A stretch of DNA of 64,000 nt, from contig DASVBS010000053.1 of the NCBI GenBank assembly GCA_036375715.1, positions 148,873 to 212,872 on the forward strand, given 5' to 3'. This document shows positions 48,781 to 59,204 of this stretch, in pieces. The DNA is from Longimicrobiaceae bacterium (lineage in GTDB: Bacteria > Gemmatimonadota > Gemmatimonadetes > Longimicrobiales > Longimicrobiaceae). The notes under the pieces are model-generated. The model searched no databases, had not been told where the DNA came from, and saw only the letters and a program-made list of their open reading frames with translations. Position 1 is the first letter of the stretch. The number at the start of each line of letters is the position of its first letter. The translations under genes were made by a program, and so were the position numbers.

Positions 48781-50277
48781 TCAGCGTGCCGCGACCGCGG
48801 CGGGGCGTGGTGGCCAGCTAGCCCGCTCCCGGTGGGTGAGATCGACGTTGACCTCGGGAAAGCGCTCGCGGAGATGCCTGCGCAACCGTTCGGCGAAATA
48901 CACCGACCGGTGCTGCCCGCCCGTGCATCCAAAGTAGACGCTCAGGCTGGAGAATCCGCGCGTCAGGTAGGTCTCCACCTGGTTGTCGATCAACCCGACG
49001 ACGTGCTGCCAGTAGCTCTCCACCTCCGGGATCGATTCCAGAAACTCCACCACGTCGGGGTCCAGACCGCACAGCTCGGAATACTCCGCGTAACGGCCAG
49101 GGTTGTGGAGTGCACGCAGATCGAACACGAACCCCCCGCCGTGACCACCGGTATCCTCGGGATATCCGTGCTTGTAGCTGAAGCTGCCGATATGCACCGT
49201 CAGCCCGGGCGACGTCCGGCCCGTCCGCTGGCGCAGCGTCGGCGAGGCGCAGATCCGCTCGAAGACCGCGCCCAGCTCCGGCAGGTCGAGCGGCAAGCCG
49301 TAGTTGGAGAGGATCTCCTCGATGTTCTCGATGGCCGGCGGGACGCTCTGCAGGAAGCGGATCTTCCGCTCGTAGAAGCCGCGGTAACCGTATGCGCCCA
49401 TCGCCTGCATGATCCTGACGAGCACGTACCCGCGGAAATGCTCCAGGAACCGCTCCCTTTCAACGGGGAGGTATCGGGCGAGCGCTTCCAGGTAGTGCTC
49501 CATCAATTGATCCCGGACCGCCTTCGGAATGGCCGCCTTGGAATCGAAGAGCAGCGAGGCCAGGTCGTACTGGAGTGCACCTTTGCGACCGCCCTGGTAA
49601 TCGATGAACCAGACCTCCCCGTCGCGCAGCATGATGTTGCGCGACTGGAAGTCCCGGTAGAGGAAGTGGCGGCGGTCGGCCTGTAACAGGAAGTTCGCGA
49701 AGCGCTTGAAGTCCCGCTCGAGCCTCGCCTCGTTGAAGGGGATGTGGGCGAGCTTGAGGAAATGGTACTTGAAGTAGTTCAGGTCCCAGAGGATCGACTG
49801 CCGATCGAAGGCAGCCCGGGGGTAAGCAACGGAGTAATCGACAACCTGTCCGCCGAGCACCTGGAAGCGCGGGAGCTCCTCGACGACCCGCCGATACACG
49901 GGCAGCATACTCGCCGGGAATTCACCTCCCTCGCGCTTGCGCGCCGCCGTCAGTGCATCGAAGAGCGTGGTGTCACCGAGGTCCTCCTCCAGGTAGACTC
50001 CGGCCTCCTCGTCAACCTCGTAGATCTTCGGGACCGGCAGACCGGCGTCGCGAAACGCCCGCGAGTAGGAGAGGAAGGCACGGTTCTCCTCCGCATCCGG
50101 GCCGTACACACCGATGGCGGTCTCGTAATTCCTGCTCACCAGGCGGTAGAGCTTGCGCGCGGAACCATCCCCGTCGAGGGGGAGGATCGTTGCGGGCGCT
50201 TCACCGAAGTGGCGGAGGAACAAACGCGTCAGAGTCTCCTTGTGCACGAACGGACCTCTCCTGCGTGTGACAATCAA
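48781..50277 (-). CDS. APH-like anomeric sugar kinase (AmgK-like) fused to a RapZ C-terminal domain
   Basis: APH Brenner motif HRDFQSRNIM and IDYQ in the N-terminal portion. C-terminal portion has FDLRALHNPGRY … GCTGGQHRSVY matching the RapZ C-domain signature. Confidence 0.6.
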   Translation of the reverse strand: MIVTRRRGPFVHKETLTRLFLRHFGEAPATILPLDGDGSARKLYRLVSRNYETAIGVYGPDAEENRAFLSYSRAFRDAGLPVPKIYEVDEEAGVYLEEDLGDTTLFDALTAARKREGGEFPASMLPVYRRVVEELPRFQVLGGQVVDYSVAYPRAAFDRQSILWDLNYFKYHFLKLAHIPFNEARLERDFKRFANFLLQADRRHFLYRDFQSRNIMLRDGEVWFIDYQGGRKGALQYDLASLLFDSKAAIPKAVRDQLMEHYLEALARYLPVERERFLEHFRGYVLVRIMQAMGAYGYRGFYERKIRFLQSVPPAIENIEEILSNYGLPLDLPELGAVFERICASPTLRQRTGRTSPGLTVHIGSFSYKHGYPEDTGGHGGGFVFDLRALHNPGRYAEYSELCGLDPDVVEFLESIPEVESYWQHVVGLIDNQVETYLTRGFSSLSVYFGCTGGQHRSVYFAERLRRHLRERFPEVNVDLTHRERASWPPRPAAVAAR

Positions 50278-50444
50278 AGCGACGTGCGTTTCGCCGGGTA
50301 GATCTGAAAGCTACCGCTACTGCGAGGACCAGTCCACCGGGAGCGCCGCGCCAGACCTGGATGTCTGGACTGGATGTCGGTTGAAGAGGGTACGCCCTTT
50401 GCCGCCCCCGAACGATCTACTCCTTCAACCGATCCGACGCCGAT

Positions 50445-52517
50445 TTGATAATGAATCGTCCAACCAACCGCCTGGCGGGGGAAACCAGCCCCTACCTGCT
50501 CCAGCACCAGCACAACCCCGTCGACTGGTACCCGTGGGGTGACGAGGCGTTTGAACGCGCCCGCGCGGAGGATCGCCCCGTCCTCCTGTCGATCGGCTAC
50601 TCCTCCTGTCACTGGTGCCACGTGATGGAGAGAGAATCGTTCGAGGACGAGAATACGGCGGCGATCATGAACGATCGCTTCATCAACATCAAGGTAGACC
50701 GAGAGGAGCGGCCGGACGTCGACTCTCTCTACATGGCGGCCGTGCAGCGGATGACGGGGCATGGCGGCTGGCCCATGACCGTGTTCCTCACCCCTGAAGG
50801 GGAGCCGTTTTACGGCGGCACCTACTTTCCCCCGGAGCCCCGACACGGCCTGCCCTCCTTCAAGCAGGTCCTGCTCGCGGTAAGCGAGGCCTGGAACGAG
50901 CGACGAGACGAGGTGCATCGCAGCGCCGGCGACCTCACGCAGATGCTGCGCGACGCGGCCGCCGTGCAGCCGCCCCCCGGAACGCTCGATGCCGGCCTGC
51001 TCGATCGAGCGGCCAGCGAGGTCATCCAGCGTCACGATGCGCGCCACGGAGGTTTCGGCGCAGCGCCCAAGTTTCCGCAGCCCCTGATCCTGGAGTTCCT
51101 CCTCCGTCATGCGCATCGCACCGGACGCGACGACGTGCTTCCGCCCGTGGTGCACACCCTCCGCTGGATGGCCCGAGGTGGGATCTACGATCACGTCGGC
51201 GGCGGCTTTCACCGCTACAGTGTGGACGCGCGGTGGCTCGTCCCCCACTTCGAGAAGATGCTGTACGACAACGCGCTGCTGGCTCGGACCTTCCTGAGCG
51301 CTCACCTCGCCACGGGCGAGGAGGAATTCCGCTTCGTCGCGCAGGATACGCTCGATTACGTGCTGCGTGACATGACGTCACCTGAGGGTGGCTTCTATTC
51401 CGCCAGCGACGCCGATAGCGAAGGGGAGGAAGGCAAGTTCTACTTGTGGACGCCGGAGGAGATCGACGCGGTGCTGGGCGCCACCGACGGAGAGCGGTTA
51501 CGCCGGGCCTTCGGCGTGACGTCCCATGGCAATTTCGAAGGGAAGAACATCCTCAACCTCCTTCCCCGGGGCGACGTTCCCTTGGCGGAGTGGCACGCCG
51601 CTGCTGCCGAGGGAAGGGCCACAATGATGCCGGTTCGGCAGAAGATGCTCGAGGCCCGAGCCCGTCGCGTTTCTCCTGGCCTCGACGACAAGGTGGTCAC
51701 CGCCTGGAACGCGATGATGCTGCGCTCCCTGGCCGAGGCCGGTCGCTTCTTGCAGCGCAAGGAATATTTGGACGCGGCCGTACGCTGTGCCGAGTTCCTG
51801 CAGGACCGGCTCTGGCAGGATGGGCGCCTGCTGCGCACCTACCGCGCAGGGGTAGCGAAGATCCCTGCTTTCCTCGACGACCATGCCCTCCTCGTCGATG
51901 CCCTGGTCGCCCTCTACCAGGCGACCTTCGATCCCCGCTGGATTGCCTTCGCGCGGACGCTCGCCGACGCGATGCTGGAGCTCTTCTGGAGCAAGGAGGA
52001 ACGCACCTTCTACGACACCGCGGCGGATACCAGCACACTCCTCGTACGGCCCCGGGAGCTGAACGACTCGGCGACTCCCTCAGGCACCTCGGCGGCCATT
52101 ACGGCGCTTCTCCGGCTGGGGGCGCTGACGGGAGACGGGCGCTTCGCGCAGGTCGTGGAAGCGGTCTTGCCGCCGCTGGGCGGCGTGGCCGAGCGATTCC
52201 CGCAGGCCTTCGGGGAGCTACTCACGGCGATCGACATGCACGTGAACGGAATCGACGAGGTAGCTATCGTGGGGCGCCCCGGAGCGAACGATACGGCAGC
52301 ATTGCTCGAGGTTGTCCGGAACGGCTACCGACCCGCCACCGTGGTCGCCTTCCGCCCGGTGGACGAACAGGGCCCGGCGCATGTCCCGGAGATCCCCCTG
52401 CTCGAAGGGCGCGAGCTGGTCGATGGAGCGGCGGCCGCCTACGTGTGCCGAAGGTTCGCCTGCGAGCGTCCGGTCACGCAGCCAGCGGAGCTGCTCGAGG
52501 CGCTCGATAGAACCTGA
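50445..52517 (+). CDS. thioredoxin-domain protein YyaL/DUF255 family (thioredoxin-like + six-hairpin glycosidase-like)
   Basis: …[40 protein letters not shown]… is the canonical DUF255 N-terminus. Confidence 0.8.
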   Translation: MIMNRPTNRLAGETSPYLLQHQHNPVDWYPWGDEAFERARAEDRPVLLSIGYSSCHWCHVMERESFEDENTAAIMNDRFINIKVDREERPDVDSLYMAAVQRMTGHGGWPMTVFLTPEGEPFYGGTYFPPEPRHGLPSFKQVLLAVSEAWNERRDEVHRSAGDLTQMLRDAAAVQPPPGTLDAGLLDRAASEVIQRHDARHGGFGAAPKFPQPLILEFLLRHAHRTGRDDVLPPVVHTLRWMARGGIYDHVGGGFHRYSVDARWLVPHFEKMLYDNALLARTFLSAHLATGEEEFRFVAQDTLDYVLRDMTSPEGGFYSASDADSEGEEGKFYLWTPEEIDAVLGATDGERLRRAFGVTSHGNFEGKNILNLLPRGDVPLAEWHAAAAEGRATMMPVRQKMLEARARRVSPGLDDKVVTAWNAMMLRSLAEAGRFLQRKEYLDAAVRCAEFLQDRLWQDGRLLRTYRAGVAKIPAFLDDHALLVDALVALYQATFDPRWIAFARTLADAMLELFWSKEERTFYDTAADTSTLLVRPRELNDSATPSGTSAAITALLRLGALTGDGRFAQVVEAVLPPLGGVAERFPQAFGELLTAIDMHVNGIDEVAIVGRPGANDTAALLEVVRNGYRPATVVAFRPVDEQGPAHVPEIPLLEGRELVDGAAAAYVCRRFACERPVTQPAELLEALDRT

Positions 52518-52670
52518 ATCTGAGCAGGTGGCGTAGCCTGCATACAGTGCGAAAGCTCGAAAGCACGTAATCGATCGCAAACCCAGACTTCACGCCGCTC
52601 ACCAGCGGCTATACCTTGTCGGTCGCTCCCGCGGGTTCAGACTCGCATTCATCGCTCGAATAATCGCTCG

Positions 52671-52934
52671 ATGGACCTGCGAAATCGACGCGGCGCTATC
52701 TCATTCGTCGAAGGCTGCATGTTCGCGGCGGTCGGGTTGTTCGTGCTCCTGCTCATCGCCATCCTGGTGATCGCATTTTTCCGATTCCGGAACCCGCCTC
52801 CCTCCCCCGCCCCGGGACGGACCCCGCCGGCGGCGGCACTGATGCCACCTGGCTTTTTCGCATCGCAAAGATTCACCGGTCATCCGCAACCGCGCTTCGG
52901 CGCCGCGACGCTGCCTGCCCGCCTCGATGCCTGA
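52671..52934 (+). CDS. possible small single-TM protein
   Basis: Hydrophobic helix AAVGLFVLLLIAILVIAFF. Stop overlaps the start of the next gene. Weak call. Confidence 0.25.
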   Translation: MDLRNRRGAISFVEGCMFAAVGLFVLLLIAILVIAFFRFRNPPPSPAPGRTPPAAALMPPGFFASQRFTGHPQPRFGAATLPARLDA

Positions 52935-53748
52935 CACGTTCGAATACTTCGGTGGAGTGGACTTCTCCGGCGCGCGTGAGCCGCTGGCGAACCTCTGGAC
53001 CGCCCTGGGCCACGGAGTCGATGGCCGGCTGAGGATCGTCTCCCTCCGCCCGCACGCCTTCCGCCTCGACCTCGCGACCTTCGTGGCCAACGGTTGGCGC
53101 CCGGCAGCTCGCGCCGGGGCGGACGATGGCATTCTCTGGGGGGTGGACTTCGCCTGTGGGGTGCCCGCTTCCGCGGCGCCGCACCTGAGTTCCGGGCCGG
53201 CGAGCTGGGAAGCGTCGCTTGCCTGGATCGCCGACCGCCCGGCGGACGAGGTGCGCGACGCCATTCCGGAGGACCAGCGGGGCGCGCGGCTCACCGACTC
53301 GGCGGCAGGCTCGATCCCCTTCGATACGCGCAGTTATCGGCAGACCGTGGAGGGTATCCGCTGGCTCCACCAACTGCGGGAGGAACACGGCATCGCGGTA
53401 GTGCCACAGGAGGAAGTGGGGCGGGCCTCGACCGTGATCGTCGAGGTCAGTCCCACGTTGACGACACTCGATCTGGGCCTTCCGCGGCGGCGAGCGCCCT
53501 CGCGTCCCGGCGAGCACCGCGCCCGCGCCGCAGCCCTTCGTACCTTCCTCGATTTCGAGAACGCCGAGCTCGAATCGATCGCGGTCACCCTGGAAGACGC
53601 GTGGGACGCCGCCCTGTCCTGCCTCACCGCCTGGCTGGTGCGGGACGACCTGGATCAGCCGTTCCGCACCGCCCCCTCAGGACGTGACGTCCTCGAGCTG
53701 GAGGGCTGGGTCTACAGGGCGCCCGCGGCGCTGGAATCCGGAGGGTGA
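52927..53748 (+). CDS. DUF429-like (RNase H-fold) hypothetical protein
   Basis: N-terminal FGGVDFSG motif. Confidence 0.4.
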   Translation: MPDTFEYFGGVDFSGAREPLANLWTALGHGVDGRLRIVSLRPHAFRLDLATFVANGWRPAARAGADDGILWGVDFACGVPASAAPHLSSGPASWEASLAWIADRPADEVRDAIPEDQRGARLTDSAAGSIPFDTRSYRQTVEGIRWLHQLREEHGIAVVPQEEVGRASTVIVEVSPTLTTLDLGLPRRRAPSRPGEHRARAAALRTFLDFENAELESIAVTLEDAWDAALSCLTAWLVRDDLDQPFRTAPSGRDVLELEGWVYRAPAALESGG

Positions 53749-53782
53749 CCGCCTCGGGTGGCTGATCGACGTACCGGCGGCG

Positions 53783-55138
53783 TCACTCCTGCGGCGGCAC
53801 CACCGCTTCCAGCTGGCGCCCAGAATCCGCGGCGCGACGCTGCGCGGTGGTCGGGGCCTGCGCCGGAGCAGGCTCCGAAGGCGCGACCTCCGCGTCCCGG
53901 GTGGGCTCCGCGGCCACACCGGTCCGCTGCAGCAGCGCCTCCATGTCGACCCCCAGACTGCCTGCTACCTGCTCGATCATCTTCACGATAGCGGCCGGCT
54001 TCTGGTTGGCCACGCGGCTCACGCCGTCGCCGCCGCCGTCGACCACCACCATCCGATCGATCCGGACCTCGTCGAGCGCATCCGCGGCCCGCTGGAACAG
54101 GTCCGGCAGCTTCTCCGCCAGGTAGACCTGCAGCGCCTTGTCGCCGCCCCCCACCATCTGGCGCAGCAGTGCCTCGAAGACGCCGACCTGCGCCAGCCCG
54201 CGTTCGCGGATCAGCGCAGCGTCTGCCTCGGCCCTGAGCTGTGCGGCTTTCAGCTCCGCCTCTGCGGGTTCCACCACGTCCGCCTGCAGGCGGCGGCGCT
54301 GCAGCTCGATCCGCGCTTCCTCCAGCCGCTGTTCTGCGAGGACCCGAGCCCGCTCGGCCTCCGCGACCGCGACCTTCTCCTTGGAGACCGCCTCCTGGTC
54401 CAGCTCTGCCTTGCGCACGCGCAGCGCGTTCTGCGCCTCGGCGATCTCGATCGCTGCCTGCGCGCGAGCGACCTCGGCACGCTGCTCCGCCTCCGCCTGC
54501 TTCTCCTTCGTCTGCGCCATGCTCTCCGCCTCGGCGACAGCGGCGATGCGCAGAATCTCGGCATTCTTCGCCCGGCCGATCGACTCCAGATATCCAGTCT
54601 TGTCCGTGACGTTCTGGATCTTGAGCATGTCGAGCTGCAGCCCCAATCGCTTCAGATCGACGTCTGCCTCCTCGATCAGTTCGTTCGCGAACTTCAACCG
54701 ATCCTCGTTGACCTCCTCCGGCGAGAGGGTGGCGAGCACGCCGCGCAGGTTACCCTCCAAGGTGTCCTTGGCAATCCGGTGGATCTCTGCCAGATCGAGA
54801 TCCAGCAGCCGCTCGACGGCGTTGTTGAAGACCTGCGGAGGATCGGAGGCGATCTTCACGTTGGCGATGCCCTGGACCTCGAGCGGGATCCCGCCCTTGG
54901 AGAAGGCATTGTCGATCTTGACTTCGATGGGGATGGTGCGCAGCGGGATCCGGCTCGCGCGCTCGATCAGCGGCACCCGAAACGTCCGGCCACCCCTGAC
55001 GATCCGGTAGCCGGAGCGCCGTCCCGTGAGGACCACCGCCTCGTTGGGCTCGGCGATGACGATCAGACGACTGACCGCCACCAGGCTGGTCGCGACCAGA
55101 ACGAGGACGACGAGCGCGGCAATGACGAGATAGGGCAT
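53783..55138 (-). CDS. flotillin-family SPFH/band-7 protein
   Basis: N-terminal TM, SPFH domain, and a long EA-rich coiled-coil. Confidence 0.8.
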   Translation of the reverse strand: MPYLVIAALVVLVLVATSLVAVSRLIVIAEPNEAVVLTGRRSGYRIVRGGRTFRVPLIERASRIPLRTIPIEVKIDNAFSKGGIPLEVQGIANVKIASDPPQVFNNAVERLLDLDLAEIHRIAKDTLEGNLRGVLATLSPEEVNEDRLKFANELIEEADVDLKRLGLQLDMLKIQNVTDKTGYLESIGRAKNAEILRIAAVAEAESMAQTKEKQAEAEQRAEVARAQAAIEIAEAQNALRVRKAELDQEAVSKEKVAVAEAERARVLAEQRLEEARIELQRRRLQADVVEPAEAELKAAQLRAEADAALIRERGLAQVGVFEALLRQMVGGGDKALQVYLAEKLPDLFQRAADALDEVRIDRMVVVDGGGDGVSRVANQKPAAIVKMIEQVAGSLGVDMEALLQRTGVAAEPTRDAEVAPSEPAPAQAPTTAQRRAADSGRQLEAVVPPQE

Positions 55139-55141
55139 GAG

Positions 55142-55741
55142 TCACTCCAGTGTGGACTCGGACGAAAGGCGGGGCAGAGGGGTGACCAGCGCCGTGTCAC
55201 CCTCCACCTCCACGATCACCACCTCGCTGCCGCGCGGGCAGCTCTCCTCTTCCCTGCCGTAAAGACGCGCGAGAAGCTCGATCTCCCTTCCACCCTGCAC
55301 CGCTACGATCTTCCCGCGCCGACCCTCGTCGAGGGGCAGGAGCACCCTGGCCGTGACACCGATCAGGTAGCTGGGATCAGATGGCACCTCCCCGGAGCCG
55401 GAAGCCCGGACCCAGGCGTAGATCGAGCCCGCGGCCGTAGCCGCCACGGCTCCCGTCACTACCGCCCAGAGCAGCGACACCAGCGGACCTGCATCGGTGA
55501 GGAGCTCGATCAGGGCTCCGGTCGCTCCGAACCCCGCCAGCAGATAGAGCAGGGTGCGCACCGAGAGGAAGCCTTGCAGGAGACTCCAGTCCCCATGGTC
55601 GGAGTGGGCTGCGTGTGCCGTCAGCTCGCCATCCGCATCGGCATCGGCGTCGACAGAGCTGTCATGGTCGCCGCCGCTGAGCAACGAGAAGAGGAGCAGA
55701 CCGCCCCCGACGATGAGGGCAAAAAGGTAGACCGGAAGCAT
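55142..55741 (-). CDS. NfeD-family membrane protein (flotillin partner, YqiJ-like)
   Basis: Multi-TM N-terminus, His/Asp-rich loop, and a C-terminal OB-fold-like soluble domain. Sits 3 nt upstream of the flotillin gene. Confidence 0.6.
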   Translation of the reverse strand: MLPVYLFALIVGGGLLLFSLLSGGDHDSSVDADADADGELTAHAAHSDHGDWSLLQGFLSVRTLLYLLAGFGATGALIELLTDAGPLVSLLWAVVTGAVAATAAGSIYAWVRASGSGEVPSDPSYLIGVTARVLLPLDEGRRGKIVAVQGGREIELLARLYGREEESCPRGSEVVIVEVEGDTALVTPLPRLSSESTLE

Positions 55742-55841
55742 CGGGATACTCCCGAGGAAGGCCGGCGCCGGCGCATGCGGCGCGGGGGAAACATAAGGAG
55801 GCGCGCCTCAATATACTTGCGATACTCTGCGCCGAAAAGTT

Positions 55842-56525
55842 TCAGCGGTCGAGCTCTCGCCGCGCTGCTCCGAACACCTCGTCGATCATCGGTTCGGTCA
55901 GCTTTCCAGTGAAGGTGTTCTGCTGACTGGGGTGAAAGCATCCGATCAGTAACATCCCGCCGGGAAGCCGCACCTGCCGCGCATGGCCGAAAGGCGGCAC
56001 CGGCGCGGGCAGCTCGATGTCCAGGGCTTTCAGGGTCCGGATCACCTGGTCCCAGCCGAAGCGGCCCAGGCTGACAATCACCCGAAGCCGCGGCAGTAGC
56101 GCCTCGAATTCCCGGATGAGGAAGGGATGGCAGGCGTCGCGCTCTTCAGGCGTCGGCTTGTTCGCCGGAGGAGCACATTTGACCGCTGCGGTGACGTACG
56201 CGTCCGAAAGCTGGAGACCGTCGTCGATGTGTGTCGACGTCGGCTGGTTGGCGAAGCCGGCTCGGTAGAGCGCCGCGTACAGCCAGTCCCCCGAACGATC
56301 TCCGGTGAACATCCGACCGGTGCGATTGGCGCCGTGCGCGGCGGGCGCCAGCCCTACGATGAGCAGCCGCGCCGACGGATCTCCGAAGCCGGGAACGGGG
56401 CGGCCCCAGTAGTCCCAGTCGCGAAAGGCACGGCGCTTCTCGACCGCCACCCGCTCGCGCCACTCCACCAGGCGGGGACACCGTCGGCAGGTCACCACTT
56501 CCCGTTTGATGATCTCGAGGTCCAT
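55842..56525 (-). CDS. uracil-DNA glycosylase superfamily protein (family 4/5-type, GLAPA motif)
   Basis: CRRCPRL cysteine cluster, GLAPAAHGANRTGRMFTGDRSGDWL, and an HPS motif near the C-terminus. Start at the internal ATG (56525). Confidence 0.7.
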   Translation of the reverse strand: MDLEIIKREVVTCRRCPRLVEWRERVAVEKRRAFRDWDYWGRPVPGFGDPSARLLIVGLAPAAHGANRTGRMFTGDRSGDWLYAALYRAGFANQPTSTHIDDGLQLSDAYVTAAVKCAPPANKPTPEERDACHPFLIREFEALLPRLRVIVSLGRFGWDQVIRTLKALDIELPAPVPPFGHARQVRLPGGMLLIGCFHPSQQNTFTGKLTEPMIDEVFGAARRELDR

Positions 56526-56598
56526 CTGACAATACCGTGAAAAGACCCCCCGAGTGGATGGGCTCGGGGGGTCCTGTTGAACTACCCGACCGGCGGCT

Positions 56599-57726
56599 TC
56601 AATCCGCTCTCGGCGTGGGACGGGCGCCGCGGCTGGAGGAGCCGCCGTCCCCTCCTCCGGAGCGGGTCGCCGGCGCGGCCACCGGGCCGCGGCTTCCCGC
56701 AGAGGAAGCGGGTGAGGCAGACGGAACCTCACGCACCGGAGCCCGGGAGGCAGGCGCCGCCGGTCGGCTGACCGATGCAGCACCTGCGCCGCGCGAGCTC
56801 GGCGCCGACGACCATCCACCCGCCGATCCCGGCCTGGGGCTTTCCTCGGCGGGCAACCTCCCAAAGGCAGTGGGCCGTGCCCCGATCTGCGGACGCTCCC
56901 TCGACGCAGCGAGCTGGGCACTGGAGATCCGCTCTCGGATCGCCTCGCGCTGCTCGGCAGTGATCGCGCGCGTACCGGGAACCTCGCGCTCCGGTTGAGA
57001 AGGCAGCGGATCCCGGGCGCCTGGCTTCCGCGGCGGCTTCTTGCCTTCGTCCGGCTTCTCCGGCTGCTGCTTCTGATCGTCGTTGAGCTGCGAGCAGATC
57101 ACCGACCGGACCACCTGCACATAGCCGCGCGGGACGTACATCGCGTAGTTGCCACAGCTCACCAGGATGCGTCCAGCCGCAGGCTCGCTGTAGATGACGG
57201 ACGGCCAGACCACGTAGAAGTCCGTCGTCCAGCTACCATCGTCCGGAACCGAAGGCAGAGCGAGCCGCACCAGCTCCTCCATGGTCCTATGGGCGCTGAA
57301 CGAATGGAAATACGTGCCGAGCCGCGACGCCAGTCGGTGACCGAAGGGGCCGAACTGCTCGAGGTTCAGGGGGCGGTCCGACGCGATCAGGAACAGGTAC
57401 CGCGGCATCGCCGAGGTGCCGGCGGTGAAGAAGTACTGATGCCGGTTGCTCAGCCGCGTGCTGGCGAAATGCGTCCCGGCGAAGACGCGGCCGCTGAGTG
57501 ACCCCCGCCCGAACCCCGGGTAGATCATGCTCACGCCGCTGCCGGGGGCGATGTAGAACATCGCCACGTACGCCGGGCGATTCACATGGAAGAGCGGACC
57601 GCTGTAATCCGCATTGGTGATGTAAGCTTCCAGCGGCTGGTAGGGCGCGAAGGTTCGGGATCGCCCCTGTGGTAGCGCACAGGCGCTCAGCGCGAGGATC
57701 AATCCCAGGACGGACGCGATTCTCAT
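56599..57726 (-). CDS. hypothetical lipoprotein with low-complexity Pro/Ser/Ala-rich C-terminus
   Basis: Lipobox ALSACA; structured N-terminal 230 aa. Confidence 0.4.
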   Translation of the reverse strand: MRIASVLGLILALSACALPQGRSRTFAPYQPLEAYITNADYSGPLFHVNRPAYVAMFYIAPGSGVSMIYPGFGRGSLSGRVFAGTHFASTRLSNRHQYFFTAGTSAMPRYLFLIASDRPLNLEQFGPFGHRLASRLGTYFHSFSAHRTMEELVRLALPSVPDDGSWTTDFYVVWPSVIYSEPAAGRILVSCGNYAMYVPRGYVQVVRSVICSQLNDDQKQQPEKPDEGKKPPRKPGARDPLPSQPEREVPGTRAITAEQREAIRERISSAQLAASRERPQIGARPTAFGRLPAEESPRPGSAGGWSSAPSSRGAGAASVSRPAAPASRAPVREVPSASPASSAGSRGPVAAPATRSGGGDGGSSSRGARPTPRAD

Positions 57727-57942
57727 GGGAAGTACCTTCGGCGGGGGGAGAGGCCGACTCCGCTATGTTACGAAATTATCGGCAGGAACGCCAGCTTCGC
57801 GGCGGGCTGACGTCTATTCCCTGCAAGGTAAGTACCTGGATCCGCCATTCGAAGGGCTAGAAGGGGTGGCGGCGCGGAAAGCGCCCGGCGACCCAGTGCC
57901 TCGGGACCTCCCCGAAGCACCAGGGCGCGGCACGGCGTACGA

Positions 57943-58311
57943 TCAGCGGCGCAACGCCGCGAATGCCAACGATGCCCATCCCGCGAGGAAGGCTACGCCG
58001 CCTAGCGGGGTGATTGCCCCGAGCCAGGTTATCCCCGTCATTGAGAGAACGTACAGGCTGCCCGAAAACAACACGATTCCGGTCGTGAAGAGCCAGCCTG
58101 CACCGCGGGTGAGGCGTCCCGGCCACACCGCGTGAATCTGCGCCGTGAACAGCAGGGCCAGGGCATGATACATCTGGTATCGCGCCGCGGTCTCGTAGAT
58201 GGAGAGGAGGCTCTGCGGCAGCCGATCCCTCAGGGCGTGAGCGCCGAAAGCACCCGCCGCCACCGCCAGCAAAGCGAACACACAACCCAGGATCCAGAAT
58301 CTGCGGTCCAT
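57943..58311 (-). CDS. DUF423-family membrane protein
   Basis: 122 aa with four TM helices and a GAFGAH motif. Confidence 0.6.
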   Translation of the reverse strand: MDRRFWILGCVFALLAVAAGAFGAHALRDRLPQSLLSIYETAARYQMYHALALLFTAQIHAVWPGRLTRGAGWLFTTGIVLFSGSLYVLSMTGITWLGAITPLGGVAFLAGWASLAFAALRR

Positions 58312-58487
58312 TCGAATGTTTCCGTAAACTTGCTTCCTTCGTCTGACCTCGCAGTCGTGGGAGACGTCAGCGAGCGGACCTTCGCCAGACGCGCTAAAGA
58401 GTTGTAAATCAGTCAGATGTGGGCAAGAAGGGTGCGGAACACCTCTTGCACGACACGCTCGCGGAATTCACCCGACCAGGAGCGCTC

Positions 58488-59192
58488 ATGGCGGTTTGGA
58501 GTGCGATCCGGCGCCTGCGCGCCGAGCACCCCATCTTTTTCTGGGGAATGTCGTCGCTGGCGGGGCTGCTGCTCCTGCTTACCCTCGCCGTGGCGATACG
58601 GATCCCGCAGTACGCCCGTCAGATGGCGCTGATGGAAAGCCAGCTGGACGCGGAGGAGCGCGAGACTCGAGATCGAATTCTCTCCTCGCAGACGCGCCGA
58701 ACGGCACTCGCGCTCGCGCTGCTGCGACGGGAGCTGCGCCTCAAGTCGCTCGAGGAGGACGGCGTCCACCTCGCCATCAACACGGAGGATTCCACCCTGG
58801 CGCTGCGCCACGGCCCCGCAACGCTCCGTGAGATCCCCATTGCCATCGGGGGCGATTCCATCATCGAGGCACCCGACGGTCGAACCTGGCGTTTCGTGCG
58901 CGCTCTGGGAGAGCGGTACGTGGTCGCCAAAGAGCGGACCCCCACCGTTACCGTTCCGGAGTGGGTATATGTGAGTCGGGGAGAGCCCGTGCCCCCCGAG
59001 GAGGAGCGCACCCTGGAGGGAGTGGCGGGCGAGTATGTGCTCCGGTTGGATGATGGGACAGAGATCTACAGCCGACCCGAGACGGGACCATTCGCGTCCG
59101 GCGTGAAGCCCGGGGCCTTCATGGCCGACGCCGACGGGCTGGAGGCCATCTTCGAGGCATTGGCCCTCGAGACCCCCGTCTACATCTACTGA
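58488..59192 (+). CDS. membrane-anchored L,D-transpeptidase-like paralog lacking the catalytic Cys (pseudoenzyme candidate)
   Basis: C-terminal region is alignable to the downstream YkuD domain (PEWVYV~PNWHYI; …GAFMADADG… in place of …HGCIRMLKDD…; both end VY[IV]Y). Confidence 0.4.
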   Translation: MAVWSAIRRLRAEHPIFFWGMSSLAGLLLLLTLAVAIRIPQYARQMALMESQLDAEERETRDRILSSQTRRTALALALLRRELRLKSLEEDGVHLAINTEDSTLALRHGPATLREIPIAIGGDSIIEAPDGRTWRFVRALGERYVVAKERTPTVTVPEWVYVSRGEPVPPEEERTLEGVAGEYVLRLDDGTEIYSRPETGPFASGVKPGAFMADADGLEAIFEALALETPVYIY

Positions 59193-59204
59193 CGCAGCTT
59201 CCCC

